A DNA stretch of 64,000 nt, taken from contig JBHLJY010000004.1 of NCBI GenBank assembly GCA_048887225.1, positions 1 to 64,000 on the forward strand, read 5' to 3'. The translations under genes and the position numbers were made by a program. Below, piece after piece: positions 8,989-18,587 of this stretch. This DNA comes from Candidatus Hodarchaeota archaeon. GTDB taxonomy: Archaea > Asgardarchaeota > Lokiarchaeia > Sigyniarchaeales > SOKP01. The notes under the pieces were generated by a model, which ran no database searches, was not told where the DNA came from, and saw nothing but the letters and a program-made list of their open reading frames with translations. Position 1 is the stretch's first letter, and every line of letters begins with the position of its first letter.

Positions 8989-10080
8989 TTAAACTTTTTT
9001 TTCCTCAATTTTCTTTGCTATTCCGCTTGCTAATCTCCCTATTTGAGTTTTTAAAGAAGCTTTATAACCCCATCTTTTATAAATAAATCTAAAAATTAAA
9101 CCAATAATGATAAATGTTACTGCGATAAAAATCCAGATTTCAAACATATTCAATTGACGATAAAATAAAAAGTAAAGTGGATTATGTGTTAAATAGATAA
9201 CAAGGGAATAATAAGAATAATAAAAAAGAAATTTATAGCTTTTTTCAACCTTGTAAAAAACAAATTCTTCAAAAAATACAAAAATTGACAATATGGTCAA
9301 TTGTATTCCTAACGAATATATTAACCAGATAAAACTACGATTTCTTGGAATTGCTGGAAAATCATACAAAATTCCACAAATAATCAGAACTGGTCCTAGT
9401 ATTATTAAAGGACGCAAAAATTTCTTCTTTAATTTTAATTTAATATCACTATGATTCTCTCTAAGGTAAATATCGTGTAAAATTTCTCCTAAAATTGTTC
9501 CAAATAAGAAAAAAGGGAACATTGGTAAAATTGGATCAAGTCTTGGAATATTATATAAAATATGATATAATACACCATATAGATTAGGTTCTCCTTTAAA
9601 TAGCGACAAGAAATCTAATAATAATAGATGCAAAATCCAAAAAAGTGCTCCGAGGAAAATTCTAAATAATTTGGGAGTTTCTAACAGTGGCCATGCAATA
9701 AATAAAGAAATCGCGATTGTGAGTAATATAAACCAAGTCCATATCATTTCAGGATCGCTAATTGCGATTGCAATAAACAAATTAAATAATATAGCAACAA
9801 TAAATATGAAAAAAGCTCTCAGCATATATTCGTTTCTTACGTTATTTTTAGTATAGCCTTCAGTAATTTCTATTTTAGCTAATCTTGTTCTATATGAGAT
9901 TGCTGTACTAATCCCCGCAACAAGTAAAAAAGCAGCAGCTCCGATAGGATCAAGTATCTCAAATGTTAAAAGATACACCCATCTATCCTTACCTCTTATC
10001 CACCAAGCTAAAAGATGTCCTATCACCATCCAGGTCATTGATAGACCCCTTAAAATATCAATACTCTTGATCCGTTTCAT
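8989..10080 (-). CDS. DUF1624/HGSNAT-like membrane acyltransferase (paralogue 1)
   Basis: RIKSIDILRG...GH...FLLVAGIS; multi-TM. Confidence 0.8.
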   Translation of the reverse strand: MKRIKSIDILRGLSMTWMVIGHLLAWWIRGKDRWVYLLTFEILDPIGAAAFLLVAGISTAISYRTRLAKIEITEGYTKNNVRNEYMLRAFFIFIVAILFNLFIAIAISDPEMIWTWFILLTIAISLFIAWPLLETPKLFRIFLGALFWILHLLLLDFLSLFKGEPNLYGVLYHILYNIPRLDPILPMFPFFLFGTILGEILHDIYLRENHSDIKLKLKKKFLRPLIILGPVLIICGILYDFPAIPRNRSFIWLIYSLGIQLTILSIFVFFEEFVFYKVEKSYKFLFYYSYYSLVIYLTHNPLYFLFYRQLNMFEIWIFIAVTFIIIGLIFRFIYKRWGYKASLKTQIGRLASGIAKKIEEKKV

Positions 10081-10159
10081 GTTTAGAAAGCTTAGAAATA
10101 TTAGATTTTAATTTATATTTTTTAGCTTTGAAAATGTACTGATATTTTAATACCTCTCG

Positions 10160-11026
10160 TTAAAAATTTTTTTGATTCTGCATTTTAACATTCCTGAACA
10201 TTTCTGTAGATTCACTAAGAGAAAGCTCTCCATTTAAAACTTTTTCTGCTATCTCACTCAACATGATGATATCGTTGGAATTTTCAAGATTTTCAATTAT
10301 GGAATTTTCTTTTTTTAGCATATTTGGTTTGAGATGATTTAAAGCTTTTTGAATGTGTTTTTTATTTACTTCAACGCCATTTCTAAAAGATAAAAACAAT
10401 GCCGAAGCCTCATGCTTAGGAATTTTTCTTTTATTTTCATAGGCTTTTATTTTTGAAGATTTTGACTCGTCAATTAAATAAATTTTTAATTTTCCTCGAC
10501 TTTTAAAAATTTTATAAATTTTATTGATTAAATCATTTGTTATCGGAGGAACCCCTCTTCCGAATTTAAAAATCAATTCAATCAAATTCTGATTGCTTTT
10601 TTGAAGAGAATTTACATAATCTTTGACAGTTGTAATTAATGCTGCCTTATCAAAAACTGTATGAGAATTTAAATAATAATCATCTAAAAAAATTACTATT
10701 CCAATATACTTCGCACCAGGATCAATTGAAAACATCAATTTAGAATAATTGTTTTTATATCCTATTTGATAAGAAGCTAAAATCTTTAAAATGAATTGAT
10801 TAAAATTCTCTTTTATGTTATAAGAGATAATTTTTACCTTTTTTCGATTATAATTTTTAATTTTATTCAATTCTTTAGAAGTAGTAATTAATATGCAGGG
10901 GAGATTAGGAATTTTGTCTCCTAAATTTAAAATTTTGAATTTAATTTTTAACCGATTTAATTCCTTATTTAAAAGATAAAAAAAACTTAACTCTTCGGTA
11001 TATATATATAAGATTTTATTTCTCAA
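10160..11026 (-). CDS. Hypothetical protein with YqgF/RNase H-like domain
   Basis: FSIDPGAKYIGIV, LIDESKSS, HEASA resemble the YqgF fold. Confidence 0.55.
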   Translation of the reverse strand: MRNKILYIYTEELSFFYLLNKELNRLKIKFKILNLGDKIPNLPCILITTSKELNKIKNYNRKKVKIISYNIKENFNQFILKILASYQIGYKNNYSKLMFSIDPGAKYIGIVIFLDDYYLNSHTVFDKAALITTVKDYVNSLQKSNQNLIELIFKFGRGVPPITNDLINKIYKIFKSRGKLKIYLIDESKSSKIKAYENKRKIPKHEASALFLSFRNGVEVNKKHIQKALNHLKPNMLKKENSIIENLENSNDIIMLSEIAEKVLNGELSLSESTEMFRNVKMQNQKNF

Positions 11027-11068
11027 ATTATAAATATAAATATTAAATAAAATTAAAACATTTTAATC

Positions 11069-11752
11069 ATGAATTTTCCAATCCCAAGACTAAATGAGAT
11101 AATTAAAGCGCCTGAAGGTATTATTTCTGTTTGGGGTGATTTTGGAATTGGTAAAACTACATTCGCTCTTCAAACCGCTATAAATACTGCAAATCAGGGA
11201 AAAAATGTTATATATATTTATAGTAAACCTAATTTTCCCTACGTCAGAGTTGGAGATATTCTAAAGGATGATCCAAAAGAAACACTTGATAATATAGTTT
11301 TTATAAAAAGTACAAATTTTGCAGACTTATATAATCTCATTTTTAATCTAGAGTTTTTAGTATTAGAGAGCGTAAAAGAGAAAGGTAACTCATTTGACCT
11401 TATTGTAGTAGATTCTATTACAGATCTATATCGACTAGAATTAAATAAAGAGAAAAAAGAAAAGAATGTTAGTCTTAATTATCGATTAAATCAGATTTTA
11501 GCTAATCTATCTTATATATATAAAACTTACTGTATTACAGTTTTACTTGTGAACGAATTAGCTCGAAAAAGCTATATTAACCAAACTGTAGAAGTTCAAG
11601 GTGGTGGAAAAGTAATGATGTTCTGGATCTTATATACTATTAAAATAGAAAGAACGGAAGTTTTAAATATAAGAAAGTTAATAATAAGAAAACGTCTGGA
11701 GAATAAAAAAATTGAGTTATCCTCTAGTTTAACTAAACACGGATTTGAATAA
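11069..11752 (+). CDS. RadB-like RecA/Rad51 paralogue
   Basis: Walker A GDFGIGKT, Walker B LIVVDS, VLLVNE. Confidence 0.75.
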   Translation: MNFPIPRLNEIIKAPEGIISVWGDFGIGKTTFALQTAINTANQGKNVIYIYSKPNFPYVRVGDILKDDPKETLDNIVFIKSTNFADLYNLIFNLEFLVLESVKEKGNSFDLIVVDSITDLYRLELNKEKKEKNVSLNYRLNQILANLSYIYKTYCITVLLVNELARKSYINQTVEVQGGGKVMMFWILYTIKIERTEVLNIRKLIIRKRLENKKIELSSSLTKHGFE

Positions 11753-11817
11753 TTTTTTTGAGATAACCATATATTCTTATAAGTTAAAAGCTATAAATCA
11801 ATATTCAGTATTTGATA

Positions 11818-13065
11818 ATGGATAAAAAAGAAATTTTTTTAAAAAATGATTTTAATATAATCAAGGAAGGTTCTGCGGATTATTACGTTCATACTGAAGA
11901 TATCAATTCAATTCCATCAAAATCAATGAAAGTTTTTTACAATAAAAAGATGGAAATTAATCGCGACGTCACTTGTTTAGCTGTTAATACTTATAGAAAT
12001 TTATTTAATCAAAAGAACCTAGTTATTGTAGATTGTATGGCAGCCTCGGGAATTAGCTCTATTAGAATGATAAAAGAGTGTAATAATATAAAAAGAATTT
12101 TCATTAACGATATAAATCCCGTAGCTATTGATTTAATACGTAAAAACATTAAATTAAATAATATAAATGGCAAAAGTCCTGAAATAGTAATAAGTCAAAA
12201 AGATGCTAATTTACTATTTTCTGAAATAGCTCAAAATGCATGTTCTCTTTTAAAAAATTCAAGAGAAAGACCAAATATTATCTCAATTGACCCTTTTGGT
12301 ACTCCAAATCTCTACGTTGATAGTGCTTTTAAAGCTATACAAAGAAAAAGCGGTTTAATGTGTATCACTGCAACAGACACAGCAGTATTGTTTGGAGTAA
12401 GGCCAAAAGCTTGCGTTAGAAAATATATGTCTAAACCTCTTCGTATCGAATATTGTAAAGAAATTGGCGCACGAATTTTAATTTATTTTGTCTCTCGAAT
12501 TGCGAATATCAATAAATTAGGAATTATACCACTTCTGACATTCTATTCTAACCACTTTATTAGAATATTCGCGTTAACTATGAAAAATCAAATAAAAATT
12601 TCAAATTACATCAATAATTACGGTTATATTATCCATTGTAATAATTGTGGATATCGCTCAACGTATCAAACTAATATTATTATGATTCAATGTGAATGTC
12701 CTGTATGTAGAGATAATGGTAAATTGAATTACGCTGGCCCTCTATGGATTGGAGAAATCCATGATTTTAATTTTCTTAAAGAAATTTTAGATTTAAACAA
12801 CGAATCTAATTATTCTAATTATAAGAAATTAGAAAAAATTCTTTCTTTTGCCCTAAATGAGATTACGATGCCCATTTCATATTATAATATACATAAACTC
12901 TGTAAAAAATTAAAGCTTCAACAGGTTCCAAATATGCAAGAAATTCTGGATTTAATTACACAACAAGGATATAAGGCGTCAAGAACTCATTTTGACTTTA
13001 CATCGATTAAAACCGATATGAGTCTGGATTTATTAAAAAATCAATTATTAGAAAAGTATAAGTAA
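11818..13065 (+). CDS. trm1: tRNA (guanine26-N2)-dimethyltransferase
   Basis: VFYNKKMEINRD, INDIN, IDPFGTP, TATDTA, CxxC..CxxC, GPLWIG, SRTHF. Confidence 0.95.
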   Translation: MDKKEIFLKNDFNIIKEGSADYYVHTEDINSIPSKSMKVFYNKKMEINRDVTCLAVNTYRNLFNQKNLVIVDCMAASGISSIRMIKECNNIKRIFINDINPVAIDLIRKNIKLNNINGKSPEIVISQKDANLLFSEIAQNACSLLKNSRERPNIISIDPFGTPNLYVDSAFKAIQRKSGLMCITATDTAVLFGVRPKACVRKYMSKPLRIEYCKEIGARILIYFVSRIANINKLGIIPLLTFYSNHFIRIFALTMKNQIKISNYINNYGYIIHCNNCGYRSTYQTNIIMIQCECPVCRDNGKLNYAGPLWIGEIHDFNFLKEILDLNNESNYSNYKKLEKILSFALNEITMPISYYNIHKLCKKLKLQQVPNMQEILDLITQQGYKASRTHFDFTSIKTDMSLDLLKNQLLEKYK

Positions 13066-13081
13066 TTGAGAGTGAAGTAAC

Positions 13082-13717
13082 ATTTCAAAAGATCTTAAAT
13101 TCCTTAAAAGAGATCCCAATTATAGGCAAGCTAAAAAACAAGGATACAGGGCGCGCTCAGCTTACAAATTATTTGATATTCAAAACAGATACAATATTTT
13201 TAAGAGGGCGTTTTATATTTTAGATATAGGCAGTACACCAGGCTCTTGGCTCCAAGTATCTAAAAAGTTTGCTCAAGAAAGCTTAGAAAAATATAACGAT
13301 GATTACTATCATAGAGACCATTTTAAAATTATGGGAGTTGATATTAAAAAAGTATCGCCAATTGAAGATGTTAAAATTGTTAAGATGGACGCAACCTTGC
13401 CAGAGTTTCAAAATGAAATTGAAATATTTTTTCACGATAAATTAGATCTAGTGCTTTCTGACGCTTCAATAAATAAAATTGGAAATAAATTTAGCGATCA
13501 AATAAGACAGATTAATCTCTGTTATAAAATTCTTGATATTATTAAAAAAAATTTAAAATTTAAAGGTAATTGTGTCATCAAAGCTTTTCAAGGTCAAGAT
13601 TTTAACAATTTTTTTAAAGCTATGCAGAACGAGTTTTTAATTGTAAAATCTTATAAACCTAAATCCTCTCGAAAAAGCAGCAACGAGATTTATCTTATTG
13701 GATTAAAAAAAAAATAA
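13082..13717 (+). CDS. rlmE: RlmE/FtsJ rRNA 2'-O-methyltransferase (probable ATT start)
   Basis: Frame extends upstream of the ORF-track start through DPNYRQAKKQGYRARSAYKL and LDIGSTPGSWLQ; C-terminal KPKSSRKSSNEIY. Confidence 0.88.
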   Translation: MSKDLKFLKRDPNYRQAKKQGYRARSAYKLFDIQNRYNIFKRAFYILDIGSTPGSWLQVSKKFAQESLEKYNDDYYHRDHFKIMGVDIKKVSPIEDVKIVKMDATLPEFQNEIEIFFHDKLDLVLSDASINKIGNKFSDQIRQINLCYKILDIIKKNLKFKGNCVIKAFQGQDFNNFFKAMQNEFLIVKSYKPKSSRKSSNEIYLIGLKKK

Positions 13718-14332
13718 CTAAACTTGAAATCGATCCTCAATTTCGTCGAAATTTATATTATAAACCTTTTTTTTCAACGAACTATTTATCCAATCTGTAA
13801 GCCATGAACAATGTTTAGGATTAAAATTATCTGAATTTGTATCATTACATTTGTCAATGAACGGACAAATAAAACAGGGTTGACGAGAAAATAAATTCCA
13901 AATGAAATCTTTCTCTTTTTTGTTTACCTTTACTTGTTTAATTTTAATATCATTGGAGTAATCATCGATTGAACTTATACGTTTTGTCCATGAACTATCT
14001 AAGAGCTCGCGACGAACTTTTATCATTGATCGCATAGATAACACTTCCAATATATCCTCTAAATCAGTGCGCTTTTTACTAGTAAGTTCTAAAAGTTCTT
14101 CAAAACACAATGATTTTTGTTTTTTAATAATATCAAGTACCATTTTTTCGTCCTTTTTTAAAGTACGCCTTAATATTTTCTTTGTTTCTTCTATCCTTTC
14201 AATTCTGCGTTCTACATCTGATTTATCCTCTGTTGTCCCTTCAATCCTTTCCTTAATTTTACATTTATGCCGACTAAGGTAGGCGAACGATTTTCCACAA
14301 TAGGGGCAAGACTCTTTTTTTTTCTTTGCCAA
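13718..14332 (-). CDS. RNA polymerase III subunit C34 (Rpc34)-like protein
   Basis: Winged-helix-like middle and C-terminal PCFICP...C......P..C.WL..W Fe-S motif; N-terminal CxxC..HxC. Confidence 0.7.
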   Translation of the reverse strand: MAKKKKESCPYCGKSFAYLSRHKCKIKERIEGTTEDKSDVERRIERIEETKKILRRTLKKDEKMVLDIIKKQKSLCFEELLELTSKKRTDLEDILEVLSMRSMIKVRRELLDSSWTKRISSIDDYSNDIKIKQVKVNKKEKDFIWNLFSRQPCFICPFIDKCNDTNSDNFNPKHCSWLTDWINSSLKKKVYNINFDEIEDRFQV

Positions 14333-14464
14333 TTGGTTAAACTCTCGTTATTTTTTACTCATTTAGTTATGAAAAAATTAAGTATCAGTTATGATTAATT
14401 AAAAATTAATTTTTCGATTTTATAGAGAAATTTAAGAATTTATAAAAATTATTTTTAGAGAAAA

Positions 14465-15265
14465 ATGGACTTATTTGATATTTTAAACATCAATAAAGAA
14501 AAAGTCATTAAATCAAATTCTATTTTAAATGAAATTCAAAAACATAAAGACTTAAAATTTGTTCTCCCTTTAGGCTTAAAATATTTTGATAAATCTATTT
14601 TAAATGGAGTTTTTTATCCTAATAAAAAATATCTTATTTTTGGAACCAATAAATCAGGTAAAACTCAATTATGTCATCAAATTTGTGTTCAAGCATTCAA
14701 ATTCTTTTCAAATGATATCATTCCCTCAAATAAAAAAAAAGCAATATCTACCATTTTTCTGGATACAGAGAATACTTTTAGACCGGAAAGAATAAAAGAA
14801 ATCGCATCAGCTAGTAATTTGGATTATGTTAAAATATTTAAAACCATAAACGTGGCAAAGATAATGAGTAATTCTTCTTTATTATTAAAATTAAAAGAAA
14901 TTAAAGAGCAAGAACAACTTGAAAATGTAAAAGTGCTTATAATTGATTCAATTAATAATTATTATCGGTCTGAACAGAAAAAATCCACTTTTTTCAAAAT
15001 TCTAGGCTTAATTGATGAAATTGCACGATTTTTTAATTTGATTATTATCGCAACAGCACAGGTATCGCCTAATTTTATTACTAATGCGATTATAAAAGAA
15101 TTGCCCGTTGGAAATCTATACTTAAATCACTTCTTCTCAGAATATTTATATCTTAGCATTAAAGAGGAAAAAAATTATATACATCTTGTTAATTCGCACT
15201 TATTACCCGAGAAAAAGGTATCCTATAAAATTACCTCTAAAGGAATTGAAGACTTTAAAATTTAA
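14465..15265 (+). CDS. RadA/Rad51-like ATPase paralogue
   Basis: GTNKSGKTQLCHQ, FLDTENTFRPERI, LIIDS. Confidence 0.8.
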   Translation: MDLFDILNINKEKVIKSNSILNEIQKHKDLKFVLPLGLKYFDKSILNGVFYPNKKYLIFGTNKSGKTQLCHQICVQAFKFFSNDIIPSNKKKAISTIFLDTENTFRPERIKEIASASNLDYVKIFKTINVAKIMSNSSLLLKLKEIKEQEQLENVKVLIIDSINNYYRSEQKKSTFFKILGLIDEIARFFNLIIIATAQVSPNFITNAIIKELPVGNLYLNHFFSEYLYLSIKEEKNYIHLVNSHLLPEKKVSYKITSKGIEDFKI

Positions 15266-15271
15266 CAATCT

Positions 15272-16108
15272 TCAATTAAAAACCAATTTCTCAAATTCTT
15301 TTATTGAAATATATTTATACTTTTTAGAGACAATGTTGGAATTAACAAAATAAATCTCATTTTTAATTTCTTTTTTAAGCCACTCGATTAATTTCACTGC
15401 GAATTGTAGTTTTTTAAACTTTATTGGACTACTTTTTTGATTTTTAGTCATTTCTGGTTTAGAATATTTGCCAATAATACCATCAAAATCCATTCCAATA
15501 AGAAATAATTTATGTATGGGTAATAACAATTTTCGTAAAAAATAAAGAATTCTGTCGCCATCCGTAAAACCTCCCGGATTTATTAAATTCTTTAGCGGTT
15601 TTACTTGAGTTGTTCCTATAATTTTATCAAACTTTAAAATTTCTTTCTTAAAATATTTCAATTTTTCTATATTATCACCGTGAGCATGAACTACAATAAA
15701 TTCTGAGTAGTTGAATTCGTTTATAGTAATGCCATCTAAATCTGTAAAGATTGCATCAATGGGAATACCCAGTTCCTTTAATAATACAGAGGCTCCATCC
15801 GCCGCCAAATTAATATAATTATTAAAAGCATATATGCCTCTGTTTTTTAATAAAAATCCAACTGTATCTTCAAGCGATGGGCCACATCCATAAATTAATA
15901 TTATAGACTTTTCTTGAATAAGATTTTTAAATGAATTTAAAACACCTTCAAACTTCCAATTATTAGACTTTTGCTTTAATATGTTAGATAAATAATCTCT
16001 TGCTTCACAATCTTTTTGGTGGTTAAAACTAAATTTTTTTACAATTTTTCGATACCATTCTTTAAATTCACTATAAAAATCAATCTGTTCTTGAAGATCC
16101 GAATCCAT
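15272..16108 (-). CDS. mptE: 6-hydroxymethyl-7,8-dihydropterin pyrophosphokinase (DUF115)
   Basis: GCGPSL, AADGA, TDLDG, VHAHGDN, GGFTDGDR, GMDF. Confidence 0.85.
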   Translation of the reverse strand: MDSDLQEQIDFYSEFKEWYRKIVKKFSFNHQKDCEARDYLSNILKQKSNNWKFEGVLNSFKNLIQEKSIILIYGCGPSLEDTVGFLLKNRGIYAFNNYINLAADGASVLLKELGIPIDAIFTDLDGITINEFNYSEFIVVHAHGDNIEKLKYFKKEILKFDKIIGTTQVKPLKNLINPGGFTDGDRILYFLRKLLLPIHKLFLIGMDFDGIIGKYSKPEMTKNQKSSPIKFKKLQFAVKLIEWLKKEIKNEIYFVNSNIVSKKYKYISIKEFEKLVFN

Positions 16109-16235
16109 TTTATCAAAATTTTTTTTAATTCTGTTTCAATGAAAAAATTTTAAATTTTTAATATTATTAAAAAAACATATCATTAAATTCAATACTAATT
16201 ATTAAATATTAAGTTTGAAAAAAATTGTGATTAAA

Positions 16236-16646
16236 ATGGGAAAAGAATCGTATTTAGTAACTAAGACACATCAATGGTGGGATCCAGATACAAAAAGAGT
16301 TGGAATTACAGATTACGCTCAAGATCAATTGGGTGAGATTAGTTTTGTTGATGTAGAAGGAATTGATGGGGCAACTTTAACACAAGTAAAAATGGATGGG
16401 GATGAACCGACTAGCGATCCAATCGATTGCGTTGTTGAATCCAGTAAAGCCGTAGGTGATATGTATTCCCCTCTTTCTGGAACTGTAATAGCAATTCATG
16501 CCGAATTAATGGATGAACCAGAAAAATTAAATGAAGACCCTTATGGTGAAGGTTGGTTGTTCGCTTTGGATCCTTCTAATCTTGATGCAGAAAAAGGTAA
16601 TTTGTTAAGCATGGCCGACTATGAAGCTTGGGTCGCAAGCAAATAA
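16236..16646 (+). CDS. gcvH: Glycine cleavage system H protein
   Basis: HQW, VGITDYAQDQLG, VESSKA lipoyl lysine, NEDPYGEGW. Confidence 0.92.
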   Translation: MGKESYLVTKTHQWWDPDTKRVGITDYAQDQLGEISFVDVEGIDGATLTQVKMDGDEPTSDPIDCVVESSKAVGDMYSPLSGTVIAIHAELMDEPEKLNEDPYGEGWLFALDPSNLDAEKGNLLSMADYEAWVASK

Positions 16647-16737
16647 ATCAATAATATTTTGATTTTAATTTAATCCAAATTTACAAACCAAGAAATTTAC
16701 AAAAATTTTTTCTTTTTTTTATTTTTAGTTTATTTAT

Positions 16738-17883
16738 ATGAAAACGCTTAACAAATTCACTTTAGGATTAATCATAAATCCGATTTCAGGGATGGGAGGC
16801 GCTGTCGGTTTAAAAGGAACTGATGGTAAAAAAATATTAGAAAAAGCAATTAAATTGGGCGCGAAACCTAACGCATTAAATCGAACAAAAGAGGTTTTGA
16901 ACGAATTAAAATCAATAAAATCAAAATTGAAATTTATTACTTGCCCTCGCTTTATGGGCGAATTTATTTTAAAAGAGATAAATTTTGAATATGAAATAAT
17001 CAAAGATCCAATTTTTAAAGGGAATGAAGAATTATTTGATACGACCGCAGATCATACAAAGATAGCTGCTAAAATCATGAAAAAATCAGATGATATCAAA
17101 CTATTAATATTTACTGGCGGTGATGGAACGGCACGAGATATTCAAAGTGTTATTAATATTGAAAAACCATGTCTTGGAATTCCTGCAGGTGTTAAAATAT
17201 ACTCTAGTGTTTTTTCTATAAATCCTAAACTCGCATCATCTATAATCATTCAATTTTTATGGGACGAAATTCCTCTTAAAGTATCAGAAGTTTTAGATAT
17301 TGACGAGGATGAGTATAGGAAAGGAAAACTAGTGTCAAAACTTTATGGATACTTTCATACCCCCTATAATCCAGATTATTTACAATTTTCAAAGATTGGC
17401 TCTCCTGATTCTGATTTAAATAATCAGGAAAGAATTGCTAAACGAGTTATTGAAACTCTTGAAAAGGATATATATTATTTAATTGGTCCAGGAACTACAA
17501 CCAAAGCTATTGCTGATAAATTAAATCAAAAAAAAACCGTTTTAGGTGTAGATCTACTCTTAAACAACAAAATTATAGCTCTAGATCTAAACGAAAAACA
17601 AATTTTAAATTTTATTGAAGGAAAAAAAGCAAAAATAATTGTATCTTTAATAGGAAGGCAAGGTTTTCTTTTTGGAAGGGGGAACTTGCAATTTACACCA
17701 ACTATCTTAAATAAAATTGGACCTAAGAATATAATAATTATCTCAACTAAATATAAACTGCAAAATATCCCAAAACAAATTTTGAGATTGGATACCCGTT
17801 CTTATGAATTAGATAAAAAAATGAGAGGATTATATAAAATACTTGTTGATTATGATGAAATAATAATTTGTAAAGTAGAATAA
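16738..17883 (+). CDS. ATP-NAD kinase family protein
   Basis: INPISGMGG..GLKGTDG, GGDGTARD, GIPAGVK, GRGN.Q. Confidence 0.85.
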   Translation: MKTLNKFTLGLIINPISGMGGAVGLKGTDGKKILEKAIKLGAKPNALNRTKEVLNELKSIKSKLKFITCPRFMGEFILKEINFEYEIIKDPIFKGNEELFDTTADHTKIAAKIMKKSDDIKLLIFTGGDGTARDIQSVINIEKPCLGIPAGVKIYSSVFSINPKLASSIIIQFLWDEIPLKVSEVLDIDEDEYRKGKLVSKLYGYFHTPYNPDYLQFSKIGSPDSDLNNQERIAKRVIETLEKDIYYLIGPGTTTKAIADKLNQKKTVLGVDLLLNNKIIALDLNEKQILNFIEGKKAKIIVSLIGRQGFLFGRGNLQFTPTILNKIGPKNIIIISTKYKLQNIPKQILRLDTRSYELDKKMRGLYKILVDYDEIIICKVE

Positions 17884-17981
17884 AGAAGTTTTTTTCATAT
17901 TCATTTTAAACATTATTTTAAATACTTCAAAATACTTTAGAATTTTTTTATTATATGAGAATGCTTTAAGAATAAATATTA

Positions 17982-18497
17982 TTATTGAAATGGGTCTTGA
18001 CCTAACTTTACAGCGATCATATATTGCAAAGCTACAAAGGTCACGAGGATCATAACCAATCCGATTACTAAAATTCTCAAAGCCATCTGGCGATTGAACG
18101 AGTGTTTTGAAGCTTGATAGAGCAATATGAAACCCGTAGATGATACAAAGATTAAAATTGAAGCAACAATACCTTCTACAATAAATGAATCGTGAATACT
18201 AGGATAAAGAAAAATTGGATCTCCTTTAGCATCGGCACCGAGAGCTGGAGGTTCCCTATAAATTAAATAAACTATGCCTGTTTGAAGCACAAAAAGTAGT
18301 ATATAGATAATTAAAATACCTGATGTTTTTGATGCCGTCGGCACAGTTATACTACGGCGCCTTATTTTTGGGAAAATAATTTTAGGCTTTCTAATTTTAT
18401 TTCCAAAAACCCATGGTACATGTTTTTTAATTTTTTCTACTATCGTTTCTGATCCGCTGATGTCTCTTTTTTCCCTTCCTCTTTCGAACTTCGACAT
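17982..18497 (-). CDS. Oligosaccharyltransferase subunit OSTC/DC2-like (OST3/OST6 family) 3-TM protein
   Basis: GIVYLIYREPPALG...FIVEGIVAS...GFILL resembles eukaryotic DC2 (G.IYD...EPP..G...Q...EG..AS...GFI.L). Confidence 0.7.
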   Translation of the reverse strand: MSKFERGREKRDISGSETIVEKIKKHVPWVFGNKIRKPKIIFPKIRRRSITVPTASKTSGILIIYILLFVLQTGIVYLIYREPPALGADAKGDPIFLYPSIHDSFIVEGIVASILIFVSSTGFILLYQASKHSFNRQMALRILVIGLVMILVTFVALQYMIAVKLGQDPFQ

Positions 18498-18587
18498 ATT
18501 TTAGAATTTTCTTAAATATTCTAAATTAAATAATTATTCTCAAATTAAAATATTTTTTCAAATAAAGTAAAACGAGTTCTAATAAAT

